Below are positions 48,443 through 60,627 of a stretch of 64,000 nt of DNA, piece after piece. The stretch is taken from positions 200,616-264,615 of the forward strand of contig NW_005434585.1 in the NCBI RefSeq assembly GCF_000315625.1, given 5' to 3'. A program made the translations under genes and the position numbers. How positions within the stretch are numbered: the stretch's first letter is position 1; each line of letters opens with the position of its first letter. Under the pieces are notes generated by a model, which was not told where the DNA came from, did no database searches, and saw only the letters and a list, made by a program, of their open reading frames with translations. This DNA comes from Guillardia theta CCMP2712 (lineage: Eukaryota > Protista > Cryptophyta).

Positions 48443-50134
48443 ATGGCAGGAGCCTGCGGGCTTGCGCTGCTCGGGATGGTGACGCTGCTGCTCTTGGAGC
48501 AGGCTGAGGCTGTGAAGTCTGTCCCTTGTGGTTCTTGCTCCTTCCAGATCTCAGACACCGGGGTTCTCTCTCGGGTGCGAAGCTGTGCCAACGACTGTAC
48601 CTCCTTGTTTCTGAGCTCCAAGGGCATCAAAACCATCCAGGCCAGAACGTTTGATGGGCTTTCAGACTTGAGCACGTTATACCTCTCGGGCAACAAACTC
48701 TCAAACCTTGCGACAGACACCTTCTACGGAGCTTGGAACCTGAGAACGCTCTCGTTGGACAGCAATGAGCTTGTTACGCTTCCCGCAAGGTCGTTCGATG
48801 GCTTCACGCAACTGAGTACTTTATACCTCTCCAACAACAAGCTCAGCGTGCTGCAGGCAGACATGTTCCAGGGGCTTTCGTCTCTGTCGACGCTTAAGCT
48901 CGTAAACAACCCGATAACCGTCCTTCAGGCCGAGACTTTCAGCAGACTGTCAGGCTTGTTCTCCTTGTATCTTTCTAACTGCAAAATCAGTACCATAGAA
49001 GCGAAGGCATTCAAAGGGCTGCAAAGACTATACCAGCTCTATCTGGACGGCAACATGATCTCTGATCTACAAGCGGGCACCTTCGCAGAGGTCTCGGGGT
49101 TGTATGAGCTGCACCTCGACTACAATCAGATCGTAAGTCTTGGAGCTGGTGCCTTCGATGGGCTGCGAAACTTGAGGTCCTTGCATCTGAACAACAACAA
49201 GATCATCAAGATCGCCGTCGGAGCCTTTGCTGGGCTCTCAAGACTCTCCAATCTTCATCTTGACAACAACCGTCTCAGCGACCTCGAGGCAGGAGTGTTC
49301 AGCAAGCTCTCGAGCATGCAGGATCTGCACCTCTACAACAACTCCTTGACAAGAGTGGGGCCGGGGATGTTCGACGGGCTGGAGGGCCTGCAGAAGTTGT
49401 TCCTCTACAGGAACGCCATCAGCTGTGTCGCCACCAGAGCCTTTGACAAACTTAAGAAGATCTCTTACCTGGACATACAGGACAACCCGATCCCCTGCTA
49501 TGACAGCAGCTGGCCCACCTTGATCCAAGTGAAGCCCGGGCTGCAGCCCTGCACGGTCGAGACGAACTGCACTAGGCTGGCTCCCACCCCAGGGCCGATC
49601 AAGATAGTCATTTTCGCGGTCGAGTTCGAGCTGATTCTCGAGCAGTTCGCGGCGATCAGGGACAAGTACGAGGCGAGCTTCGCCGCAGCCGCGCGTGTTG
49701 ATCGATCCCTGGTGAACGTCTTGGAGGTCAAAGAGGCCTCCGCCCGTCGGACAAGGCCAGGCAGGGCGCTGCTAGCTAGCGGGATAGTGGTGTTGACGGA
49801 GGTAAAGGTTCCTCAGTCCTACGACGACAGCAGCTTGACCGTGGACAAGGAAGTGCTGAATGCGCAGCTGGAGAGAGACGGCCTTCCAGCAAGCAAGAGT
49901 GTGAAGCGAGTGTCTGGAGGGGATACAAAGGGGCTCAGCATGACGGACTACATAATCGTTCTGGTTGTGAGCGGGGTCGTCTTCGTTTTAGTTGTCGCTC
50001 TTGTCGCTCGATGCCTTGCGAGGAAGAGGATCGTACAGATGGAGATGTTTGAGATCCGAACCTTCCCATCAGGTGAGCTGCATGAAAGGCACAAAACTCA
50101 ACAGTCCCGCAAGGATGTTTCGTATGACATCTGA
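48443..50134 (+). CDS. LRR receptor-like type I membrane protein (apparently intronless)
   Basis: Signal peptide MAGACGLALLGMVTLLLLEQAEA, Cys N-cap, about 13 typical 24-aa LRRs (LxxLxLxxNxLxxLxxxxFxGLxx), C-cap NPIPC..C..C, juxtamembrane domain, TM YIIVLVVSGVVFVLVVALVA, and a cytoplasmic tail of about 40 aa. Confidence 0.92.
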   Translation: MAGACGLALLGMVTLLLLEQAEAVKSVPCGSCSFQISDTGVLSRVRSCANDCTSLFLSSKGIKTIQARTFDGLSDLSTLYLSGNKLSNLATDTFYGAWNLRTLSLDSNELVTLPARSFDGFTQLSTLYLSNNKLSVLQADMFQGLSSLSTLKLVNNPITVLQAETFSRLSGLFSLYLSNCKISTIEAKAFKGLQRLYQLYLDGNMISDLQAGTFAEVSGLYELHLDYNQIVSLGAGAFDGLRNLRSLHLNNNKIIKIAVGAFAGLSRLSNLHLDNNRLSDLEAGVFSKLSSMQDLHLYNNSLTRVGPGMFDGLEGLQKLFLYRNAISCVATRAFDKLKKISYLDIQDNPIPCYDSSWPTLIQVKPGLQPCTVETNCTRLAPTPGPIKIVIFAVEFELILEQFAAIRDKYEASFAAAARVDRSLVNVLEVKEASARRTRPGRALLASGIVVLTEVKVPQSYDDSSLTVDKEVLNAQLERDGLPASKSVKRVSGGDTKGLSMTDYIIVLVVSGVVFVLVVALVARCLARKRIVQMEMFEIRTFPSGELHERHKTQQSRKDVSYDI

Positions 50135-50426
50135 ATCACCACTAAATGGGCCGGGCTAGACAGCAATTTTTTTACAGGCCTCTTCTTGTCTAGCAGCAGC
50201 AGGGTCTGTAGTGTCAACTCCTAATGTTTACATGTAAACTGGTTTGTGTTATGTTAACTTCTCTCTCATCTCCTAGACATCTTCTGTGAACTTGCGGCAC
50301 TGACCTGATGAACATTCAACCGTCAAACATCTCAAGGTGGTCGGAAATGATTTGTGTGCTGGTGGAGACCAGTCGACCCCTCCCCCCGCAATTCAGTACC
50401 AGCAAGTTTACTTATCCTGCTACATA

Positions 50427-50455
50427 ATGCATCGTCCATGTCGAGGCTTCCGTCC

Positions 50456-50489
<34 letters not shown>

Positions 50490-53400
50490 ACGGACAGGGG
50501 GAGAGGAGGAGGGGAGAGGGGAGAAGGACGAAGAGGAGGAAGATCTCTCCAGGAGGAGGAGGCGAGGGGGGAGGGCGTGAGAGACTGTGATTGTCAACTC
50601 CTGTCCCCTGAAAGCATTTGGCGACCTAGACAGAGCTACTGGGAGTCATGGACGGTAGCTGCGCACTGGAGGGCGTCGAGATTTCTTGGGAGGAAGGGAA
50701 GGAAGCGATCGGAGAGGGAGAGAGAGTGGAGGAGCAGAGCTCTCCTCTCCCTCCCGTTCCCTCTCCTCGTCTTGCAAGGGAGCGATGCTTCCCGAAGCTT
50801 TCTCTTGGAGGACTCGAAACTACTTCCGCCTCCCGCCTGCGGGAGCATGGAGGAGTGCATGAAGGTGCTGGTGGAGCAAGGCTTCGTCGAGGACACGGCT
50901 CTCACTGCTGCTGCTCTCGCTCGCGCGGGCCCGTTCACTCTTCAGAAATTCCGCTCTATCCTGCACCTCACAGCAGCGGTAGCTGAGGGGATCAGAAACA
51001 AGGCTCCTCTCCTGGGGATTTTTCGCGACCATGTGGACACACGTCTGCGTCTCACAGAGCTCGTGGGCTCGGTGCAGGAGGCAGTGCGTCAGCTTCCCAG
51101 CAGCAGCGACATGCTGCTCCTGGAGGTGCGGGGGGAGACTTGCTGGCTGCTGCAGTACTGCGATGCCCGTCCTCTGCTCGCCAGAGCCTTCAAGCCCGTC
51201 AGGTCAGCCGCGTTTGTGCTGACGAGGAAGGGGATGCTGAAGCTGAGGAGGATGATTCGATTCTCCCCCCACCTGCTGCTGAACGGCAGGGACGGTATGC
51301 TGGCGCAGCTGATCAGGGCGGGGAAGATGGAGGCGTACTTGGCACTGGAGATGCCGCTGATGGTGGAGGATGTTGGAGGAGAGGAGGGGGAGGAGCAGGT
51401 GATGCCGGGGTTCTGTGTGGAGGAGGAGGATCTGCTAGAGATGATGGTGCTGGATCAGCACTTGCACTTGATGTCTGGCGTTGAGATGAGAGGAACGGTT
51501 GATGAGATGGGAGATGAAGTGAGGATATCAAACGCGGAAGTGTTGGAGCTTGGAGGAGAAGATTCAAATCTTCTCTTCTCCATCCTCGACCTCTCGTTCT
51601 TGCAAGATTGGGATCTTTCCGATGGAAAGGAGATCCACATCATGTCTTTGTCTACTCAGCGCTCGTGGGTTGTTGTCGGTTCATCAAAGGACAAGTCAAA
51701 GACCCTTGTAGCGCTCGATCAAGAAAGCCTGTGCTATCCGTATGCCAACTGGTGCTCGTTGAACGTCTCGCTGCTCGACGGACAGGGGAACGTGTTGTCT
51801 TCTCTGCTCAGGACAACTTTCATGTCATCCCAGGAACGTCAAAGTCGTCCCCAGCAGCAGTTTGCCTCTTTGCACCCGCTGATCGTGGGTACGTTTGACA
51901 ACGGCTGGCCTCTCTCCCCCTTCTACAGCAGGAGCCCTGGTTGTAGTATCTCAAAACATGTCGAAAACGTCAAGCATAAGGGGGAAAGAGAGGAGGACGG
52001 GGAGGAGGAGGAGGAGGAAGGGAGCGAACTGTGGTTGTTCTACCCTGGGAGATATCGAACATGGTTAGAGGACGCGAAGGGGAAGCTGAAGATAATGACC
52101 GACTTTCTGAACCAGGGAGGCAAGTTTGTGTCAGGTGAGTGTTGTCATGTTTGCGCGGCGTTGTCGGGCTGACAAGTTTCAACCAAGATGATGCTGGCTC
52201 GCAAGATTTCCACGATTGGCCGATCTTTGTGATGAATTTACCTCATCGCCATGACAGGAGAAGGTTCATGTGCCTTCTTCTCGCTGGTGTTCTCTCGATC
52301 CTGACGTCATGACATGTTTGTTCCCGACAGTCACATGGAGTCCCTGCTGAGATCAGCCGGTTTCAGCAACTTCTTCATGTTCAGCAACACCCCGGCTCAA
52401 GACATTGACATCTCGCAGCTGCTGCGAGAGAGAAAGATCACAAAGGAAACGATTGACGACATCAGCAGCAAGTTTGGAGGAGGAGCAGTGAGAGCCTACA
52501 TCGCCAACACCCTGGATCAGGTGGAGGGAGAGTGCGGATGGAGCAAGGGCCGAGCTCACCTTGTCGCCCTCCAGCTGTCTGTCATCGAGCGAGCAAGGAA
52601 GGAGATGTTCCCATTCGTGATCATCCTAGAGGACGACCTCCTCCCTCTCGAAATGCCAGGTCCGCTCTCCCTCCCTTGTATCCCCCGCTCCTCTCGCCCC
52701 TCACTCTTCCCCCCCCTTGCTCACCGCTCACCGCCCTCCCTCTCCTTTCTGTTCTGTTTCCTCGTTCCTCCCTCTCCCTCCCTCAGTCCTCTTCCCTTGT
52801 TGCCCAGCCTCTTGCAATGCTGAGAGGAAGTGACAGAGAAGATTCGAGATCGCATACAACGCGCGGTAAGACTCGAAAAAGAGCAGGAGGGAAAGACGAG
52901 GAGGAGTAGGGTAGAGTCAGTGTACAGGAGGATGGAGGGAGCATACCAGGACAGGACAGGACGAGACAGGACAGGACAGGACAGGACAGGACATGACAGG
53001 ACCGTGACAGGACGGGACGGGACGGGACAGGACAGGAGAAGACAAGGCAGGACAGGATGGAAAGAGAGGAGAGAGGGACGGGAAGGGAAGGGACAAAGGA
53101 GTGACGTCTGGTCAAGGTGAAAGATTTACCTTCCTCAGCCCATCTGCTCTATTTGGAGTTTTGCTCTGAGAGTTGTGAACTGCTCCGCTACTCTTCCTCT
53201 TCCTCTTCCATCGCTATGGTAGCTCTTCTCTCCTTCCCCAGACCTTTCCTCGTCTACTCCCTTCTTCCTCCCCTCCCCTCCCCTCCCTTCCCTTCCTCTC
53301 CTCTCCCGTCCTGTCCCGTCCTGTCCCCTCTCCTGCTCTCCCCTCCTCCATCGCGTTTTTGTCACTTCTTCGCAGGCCATCAAGCCCTCTTGTTCAGCTG

Positions 53401-53793
53401 CCATTCTCTACACGCGCAAGGGCATCCAAAGGATGTCACAGATAGCGTGGCCCATCCTCTCGGTGTGCCTCTCAGTCCTTCCCCTCCTCCCTCCTTCCCC
53501 TTCCCTCCTCCCCCCTCCCTCCTCCCCCCTCCCTCCTCCCTCCTCCCTCTCCCTCCTCCCTCTCTTCCCTGACTTCTCGACCTTGTCTGCAGGGCATCGA
53601 TGTGATGCTACCTCGGCTCGTGTCGGAGGGTCGTCTGGAGGCGTACCTCGCCACTCCTCCTCTCTTCCTGCAGGATCGCTTCTTCGGCTCTGACGCCAAC
53701 AGGAGTCTCGCTGCCGATATGGACGCTCTAAAGTTCGGGGCTGCGGCCGGACATCGAGTGTGCTACACCTGCTGCTCGGGGAAAGACATGTGA
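50427..53793 (+). CDS. Tandem GT25-like glycosyltransferase (two related domains) with N-terminal signal/anchor
   Basis: Second domain: PIFVMNLPHRHDRR|SHMESLL, FVIILEDDLLP, LPSSAHLLYLEFCSESC, PSCSAAILYTRKG, IDVMLPRLVSEGRLEAYLATPPLFLQD. First domain shows parallel motifs AAHWRA, LPSSSDMLLLEVRGETC, PVRSAAFVLTRKG, DGMLAQLIRAGKMEAYLA. Confidence 0.75.
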
Positions 53794-54916
53794 CGAGCAT
53801 GATGGGAAAACCTCACTGAAGACTGCTCAGTGAAGTAGCCTCAGGGATAGTACTGAATCATTGAATCCCGTCACCGGTCCGAGGAACCTGTCAGTCATAC
53901 AGTAGTACTACCGCAGAGACTCGGAGCAGGGAACAGGCAGTAGCGGCCTGCCTTCGGAGTCCGCCGGGGTGAGTCCACCCGGAGTCAGTGTGGATCATAC
54001 TATGACATGTGACGGCGGGCCCGGCCCGGCCGGGGCCGGTGCGATGCGGACAAACGAGTCTGCCTCAGGATGAGCCTGAGGATCTGTTTTAGTTAACTCG
54101 GCCTCCGATCCAGTACCACCCTCCCAGAGGGGTAAAAGAATCGAGTTAGTACCGGTACATCAAATATTTTGGGCTGATATACCCCCACAAACTTCAATAT
54201 CACCCCTCTTTTTCATTATTTTTGTTCTTGTCCGTACCCGGTTCAATTACCACCTCTACCCAACAGATTGCTTGTGTGTATCATTCACCCCTAGTACAAG
54301 TACCCCTACCCCCTAGGACCGCGTCGCCCTCCCCTTCCCCCCCCTTTCCCTCCCTGTGTATCTGTCCTCGTGTTGCATCTCCTACAACCTCTCCGCCGCT
54401 CTCCCCCCTCCCGCCTCGCCCCTCCCGTCTCTCTCTTCCCCCTTCTCTCTGACTCCTCCTCCCTCAGTCCTCCGCCTCCTCTCCCTCGTCCTTTCTTGTT
54501 CCGTGTCTTTGTCCTCTTGTGAAAGTGTAGGTTGTCCCCTCCAGTCCCGCAAGACTTTGTCGAATCTTGAATCTCAACCCTCGTTCACTTGCTCCTCTTC
54601 CATCCTGTCCCATCTTATTTCCTACACATCACTATCTGCTCCTCATTGTTGTTTCTAATCACACCATCCCAGTCTTTGCACCGAATCCTTCCCTTGACCC
54701 ACTTCATGGCTGATCCTCCTATCTACTGTCAAATGGCTGATCCTAATATCTACTGTCAATCTTCTGATCTTCTTCTTCAGAATTTCCTGTTCTCTTGAGT
54801 TTTCTCCGACTCGCATCCTGAAGTCAACAAGAGGAGACGATGCAGGCATTGTCGCTGATCGGTCGCAATGCACGGAGTGTCATGGCACTGCGATCGAGGA
54901 GGATAGCAGCAGCTAG

Positions 54917-56406
54917 ATGGTTTCTGCTGCGAATCACGACGGTAGCAGCGGTGCTGCAGCAGGTGGAGGGTCTGACATGCTGTGACAGGTCAGAACAAGC
55001 AGATCGAGGATGCGATGAGAACGATTCTGAGTGAGTTGGGAGAGGACCCGTCGAGAGAGGGTCTTCTTAAAACTCCGAGCAGGTCGTTACCTATCTCTGC
55101 TGTCCGCGTCTCATTCCCCTTCATCCTCTTCTCCTCCCTCCTCCCTCCTCCCTCCTCCCTCCTCACTCCTCACTCCTCACTCCTCACTCCTCACTCCTTT
55201 ACTCCTCCTCCTCCTCCTCCTCCTCCTCTGCCTCCTCCTCCCCCCTCCTGCCTCCTCCTCACCGTCCAACTGTTGCTCGCCCTGACACCTGCCCATCAGA
55301 TACGCGAAGGCGATGCGTTTCTTCACTCAGGGGTACCAACAGGACCTCGACACGGTGCTGAACAAGGCAATCTTCACGGAAGACTCCGATGAGATGGTCA
55401 TGCTGAGGAATATAGAGCTCTTCAGCATGTGCGAGCACCATCTCGTTCCCTTCCATGGCCGCGCGCATATCGCCTACCTCCCTCGAGGAAAAGTCGTCGG
55501 GCTGTCGAAGCTCGTCAGGGTGACTGAGTTGTACAGTCGAAGATTGCAGGTCGGCAACGCTGATGAGGAAGATGATGATGATGATGATGATGATGATGAT
55601 AAGATGATGATGAAGAGGAGGAGGAGAGGAGGAGAGGAGGAGGAGGAGGAGAGGTGATGTTGGTGGAAGAGGGGCTGGTGGTGATGATGCGTTGGAGAAG
55701 CTGCAAATTAAAGAAGCTGTATTGCACTTCAAGAAAATGATTTTTCGTGCAGGTCCAAGAGAGGTTAACAAAGCAGATTGCCACAGCATTGCAAGAAAAG
55801 TTGGAGGTAACAATCAAACGATGAGATGATGATGATGATGAAAAGAAACGATGATGAAGATGAGATAGAGTACGTAGGATGGGAGATGGAGTGTTTGATT
55901 TTCATTGTTTTAGCCTCATGGTGTTGGAGTTGTCATCGAATGCGTTCACCTCTGTATGGCTATGAGAGGTGTTCAGAAACCTCACAGGTAAAAGTTCTTC
56001 TCTTCTCCTCTTGCTCCTCGTCCTCTTTATCATCCTCTTGTTCCTTGTCATCCTTCCCCTACTCACTAGTATCCTCCTGCTCTTTCTCCTTCGTTTTCCT
56101 CTCCCTCCCTCTCGACTCTGCTGCTACCCCTGCTCCTGGCATCTCCTTGTCCCTGCTCCGTCCTCCTCATCCTAGTCCCCCTCCACCAACACCCCAACCT
56201 CCCCCTCCTCTCCTCCTCCTCCCTCGATACCTCTTGCTCGTCATCGCACCCCCGAGTCCTACCTCTCTCTGTCTTCGACCTGGTGACAAGAAACTTTCCC
56301 AGCACGACCGTTACTTCGTGCATGCTGGGAGACTTTAGGACGGACGCGCGAACTCGCAACGAATTCCTCCACCTCGTCCGGTCGGCCCCGTTCACGCACA
56401 TGACAG
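54917..56406 (+). CDS. GCH1: GTP cyclohydrolase I domain (start uncertain; may continue into the downstream PTPS exons)
   Basis: Exons 54989-55082, 55300-55549, 55753-55806, 55914-55987 and 56303-56406 give [68 protein letters not shown]. Zn ligands are intact. Confidence 0.96.
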
Positions 56407-56441
56407 GTAAGAGGAAGGGGGGAGAGAAAGCCGTCCTGTTG

Positions 56442-56525
56442 TGTTGAAATCTTCCACCTTGGTGTTGAAATCTTCCACCTTGATGTTGAAATCTTCCAGC
56501 TCGATGTTGAAATCTTCCACCTTGA
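56442..56525. repeat. 21-bp minisatellite x4 (TGTTGAAATCTTCCACCTTGR), probably intronic
   Basis: Read directly; lies just downstream of the AG|GTAAG donor at 56406/56407. Confidence 0.9.
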
Positions 56526-57538
56526 TGCTGTTTTCATACCTTGATTCATTATTCTCTCCAATTTTCCTTCACGTTTCAACTTTCGATTTCATTTCTCTCA
56601 AATCTCATCTATTTCTCATGTTGATTCTTGATTTATTTTCTTGATTCATTTCTTTGTTTTCAAAGGGATGGGAGTCTCAGAACAAATCTCTCAAACACAA
56701 TCAGCGTAAGGACACAGCTACTGTCGTTGATCGATGACATGCCGAGTAGGAGGATCTTTGAATCTGACGGAGTTCACGTGGAGAGAACACAAAAGGTTGA
56801 GGAGGAGGAGGAGGAGGAGGAGGAGGAGAAGTCGTGGTGGAGAAAGGAGATAAGCTGATGTTGTTGTGGTAGGCGACGGAATTCTATGACACGCTGCTCG
56901 GAGGGCACTCGCCAAATAGTCTGAGTGAGTGAACGATGTCGACTACGATGAAGATGTTGTTGTGTGAAGATTTGTGGTTGATGTCGTTGTTTGAGGACGA
57001 GGTTGAAGAGGAGCAAAGGGAGAGGCAGGCGTTCTAGAGCAAGCGAGGGTGATAAATGAGGAAGCAGGAGAAGAAGGACGAGAAGGACGAGAAGGACGAG
57101 AAGGACGAGGAGGACCAGAATGGAAATTTGCAGATATGTCGTGCTTATAACGACTGTGATTGAGTTGATGAAGATTATAGAGAACCAGCGATCAATGTTG
57201 TTGTTAGCCATGATAGATCGACCGATAGATGTTGTGAGTAGCGGCGGCAAGTGAAAGGTAGAGGATGAAATGGGATAACTTTCGTTTCCTTCAGGGCCAG
57301 CCTCTGGCAACCACAGGTAACCAACCCCAATATGAAATCACTTTCATTCAGCTCCCTCCGTTCTCTCTGTCCTGCCCCCTTTTTCTCGTTCACACTCGCT
57401 GAGCATGTCAAAGTTCTCAACATGTCAGAGTTCGTCATCTTGCCCTCAGGTCCATGGGAAACGCTTTGATAATGGGAGCAGGAGATTATGAGAAAGACAA
57501 GTGCGTTCTCATACCCCACTCCAACTCCTCCTTCTCCA

Positions 57539-57618
<80 letters not shown>

Positions 57619-57997
57619 CCACTCCTCTCACTCCTCTCCTGCTTTCCCTTCTCCTCCTCCTTTCTACGTCCAGATCGTATTTGTGCCATCCCAAAACTGA
57701 AATTTGAGTACAAGCAGCGAAAGCACAAGCAGCAGCAGCGGGGAGGACTCGGGCTCAGCATCGACTGCAAAAGGAAGGTCAGAGATGATGTTGTGGGAAC
57801 GATGAGGAGAGGATAGGGGAATAGCTTCGATGCTCCAAGATTTCCCCTCGATCTGATCTTTGAGTCCTTGCTTTTCATTGTTCACTTTCCTTCTAACCCT
57901 GTCTCCCCTCCTTTCTTTATCCTTGTCCTCCTCTCACTTCCTTCCTCCTTCATTCCTCGTTATCAATTTCATTGACTTCCTATCTTTCAGTCCGCAG

Positions 57998-59909
57998 CGA
58001 TCTCAACATTTCAGCACCATTGAGATTGGGAAGGATGATATGATGTTCAACGCCGCGCACTTCACGTGATGAAGAACATCATGAAGAAAACGACTTACAA
58101 GTTGTCAAGGGTGTTTTCCGCTCAAGAGCGTGAAAGTCTTCATGGACATACACATGTAAGTAATGATGCAAAAGATGATGTAATTAGTGGAGGATCCTGA
58201 GGAGTGATGATGACGATGAGAATGATGATGTTGGTGAGTAGTAGAAAGATGATGTTGAAGAGAAGAAGAAAGAAGTTGTTGATGAGGAAAGGAGGGTGAA
58301 GAGATGTCAGTGATGATGTAGAACGAGTTGATGATGAAGACAATGACAAGCTTTCAATCTCACTCACATGTCAGGCGGTGAGAGTTGCTTTCACTGGACC
58401 TGTCGGAGAAGATGGGATGGTTGAGAACTATCAAGGTAAACGCATCGGCCCCAAAAACTGTGAACCTATCTCCTCCTCTCCTTTGACCTCAACGTCTCCT
58501 TCTTCATCTCCTCTCCCCTCCTTTTCCCTCCTCTCGTCTGCTGTCGTCTCCTGTCCACTCCCCTCCTGTCCGCTCCCCTCCCCTCCCCTCCCCTCCCCTC
58601 CTCTCCTCTCCTCTCCTCTCCTCTCCTCTCCTCTCCTCTCCTCTCCTCTCCTTTTCTCTCCTCTACTCTTCTAACTTTCTCTGCTGCAGTCTTCAAGAAG
58701 CGTGTCCGCGAGCTCTGCGACAAGTGGGATGAGACTTATCTCGTCCCCGGGCACTGTCGACATGTATTCTCAAACATGACGTTCGCGCATGACTGACTTG
58801 CTTCCTTGCAGCTGAACATCAGGGAAGAGGGCGAACGAGTTGTCATCGAGCACAATGGCGTCGCACAGGCAAGACAGTCGACATGCCCTGCTGCTGCTCA
58901 CTTGCTACACAGGACCTTCCCAAGAATGATTGCAGAATAATCCCGGTCTAATTCCCTTGTCACTGCATCGCTCGTTCACCATAGTCGTTGTCTTTACCCA
59001 TTCCTTCCCTCTTCCCATTCTTCTCTTCTTGTCATTACTCGTCTTTTTCATCATTTGATCTATTCTTCTTCTCTCCTTCATCTCTCCTTCACCTCGTTAT
59101 CTCTTCTTGTTCCCTTCATCTTCATAACTTGCTGTTCAGGTTCGCAACGTCACCTTGGAAGAACTGTCAATGCTCTTCCTCCGCCTTGTAGTGGTATCTC
59201 TCCGTCCTTCCTCCTCGCTTCCTTTCCCCTCCTCGTCCTCCATTCCCCTCCTCCTCCCTTTTCCATCCTCTCTCCCACCTTCCTGGCTCTTCTTCCTATC
59301 CCACTCATCCCTCCTCCTTCCCTCTTCCCTCCTTTCTCCCTCCCCATCCTCCTCCTCTTCCTCTACCGCCCTGCCCTCCATCAATCCTGACTTTACGAGC
59401 AGGGAGAGTCTGAAGTCAGCAAGAGCAGCTGGGCGGACGAGAAGAACGTAAGGAGCTGATTGAGTTACTTTCGTCTACTTAATTTCCCTCTCCAGATCGT
59501 TGCAGTCTCCGTCAAGATCTCTTCTGACGGCGGGAGGTAACACCATCCTTTTCATTCCCCTCCTCCATCGTCACTGCCTTGCTGCTCGCTTCCTCCCACA
59601 CCACCACCACCACCACCACCACCACCACCTCCTCCTCCTCCTCCTCCTCCTCCTCGTCATCATCATCATCATCGTAGTCATCATCATCGTAACCGTCATC
59701 ATCATCCGCTGCTGCTTCTGCCTTCCTTCTGCTGCTGCTCTAGCTGCTCTAGCTCCAGCTCTCCTTCACAGCTCTCCTTCATGCTCCTTCCTCCTCCTCC
59801 TCCTCCTCATCTCCCCAACTGGTTAACTCACATCCTGCTCAGAGGTCAGTGGGCGACAACCTCTTGGAGCAAGCAGCAAGGCTTCGGCGTCCCCTTGTCA
59901 CTATTCTAA
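57998..59909 (+). CDS. 6-pyruvoyl-tetrahydropterin synthase family domain, Glu-type (PTPS-III-like), 10 exons
   Basis: Phase-consistent exons 57998-58045, 58110-58155, 58375-58435, 58690-58763, 58812-58868, 58913-58945, 59140-59193, 59403-59447, 59496-59536 and 59843-59909 encode FSTIEIGKDDMMFNAAHFTVFSAQERESLHGHTH..GMVENY..LCDKWDETYLVP..VRNVTLEELS..GQWATTSW..*. Confidence 0.88.
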
Positions 59910-60194
59910 GTTGAAAGGAATCAAGAAGAAACAACAACAGACAGATATCCACTGATCGAGGAGGAGCCGGGGAGAAGCGAGGAAGGAATTGGAGGTAGAG
60001 AGAAAAGGAGAGGAGGACGGAGGGAGGACAGTAGACAGGAGGAGGTGGTGGTGGTAGAATTGAGGGAAAGGGCGGGAGAGGGAGGGAAGGAGGGGAAGAG
60101 AGACAGGAGATGGTGGTAGGAGGAGGGGGAGGAGGGGAAGGAGGGGGAACACTTGGAGGAGATGGCGGTGATAAAAGGGAGGGAAAGAGGGGAA

Positions 60195-60294
60195 NNNNNN
60201 NNNNNNNNNNNNNNNNNNNNNNNNNNNNNNNNNNNNNNNNNNNNNNNNNNNNNNNNNNNNNNNNNNNNNNNNNNNNNNNNNNNNNNNNNNNNNN
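60195..60294. other. Assembly gap (100 N)
   Basis: N run between purine-rich and pyrimidine-rich low-complexity tracts. Confidence 0.99.
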
Positions 60295-60627
60295 CATACT
60301 CGTCGTACTCCTTTACTCTCTTTCTCTTTTCTTCACCTCCCTCCCCTCCCTCCCACCTTCCCTCCCCTCCCTCCCTTACCCTCCCTCCCCCTCCCTTACC
60401 CTCCCTCCCTCCTCTCCCTCCCCTCCCTCCCTCCTGATTCCTGCTTGCCTTTCATCAGTTCTCCGGCCCAGTTGTCTGCCTCCAAAGACTTCTTGGCTAG
60501 CTTCCTGACCTGTGCGCGATGAGATCCTCCTCCTCCTCTGCCGCATCACTCCCACTCACTTCGAGTCTTGCAGCATATTCAGGACACTGACAAGCCTTTC
60601 TCTTCATCCATTCTTGCGCTTCAGGCG

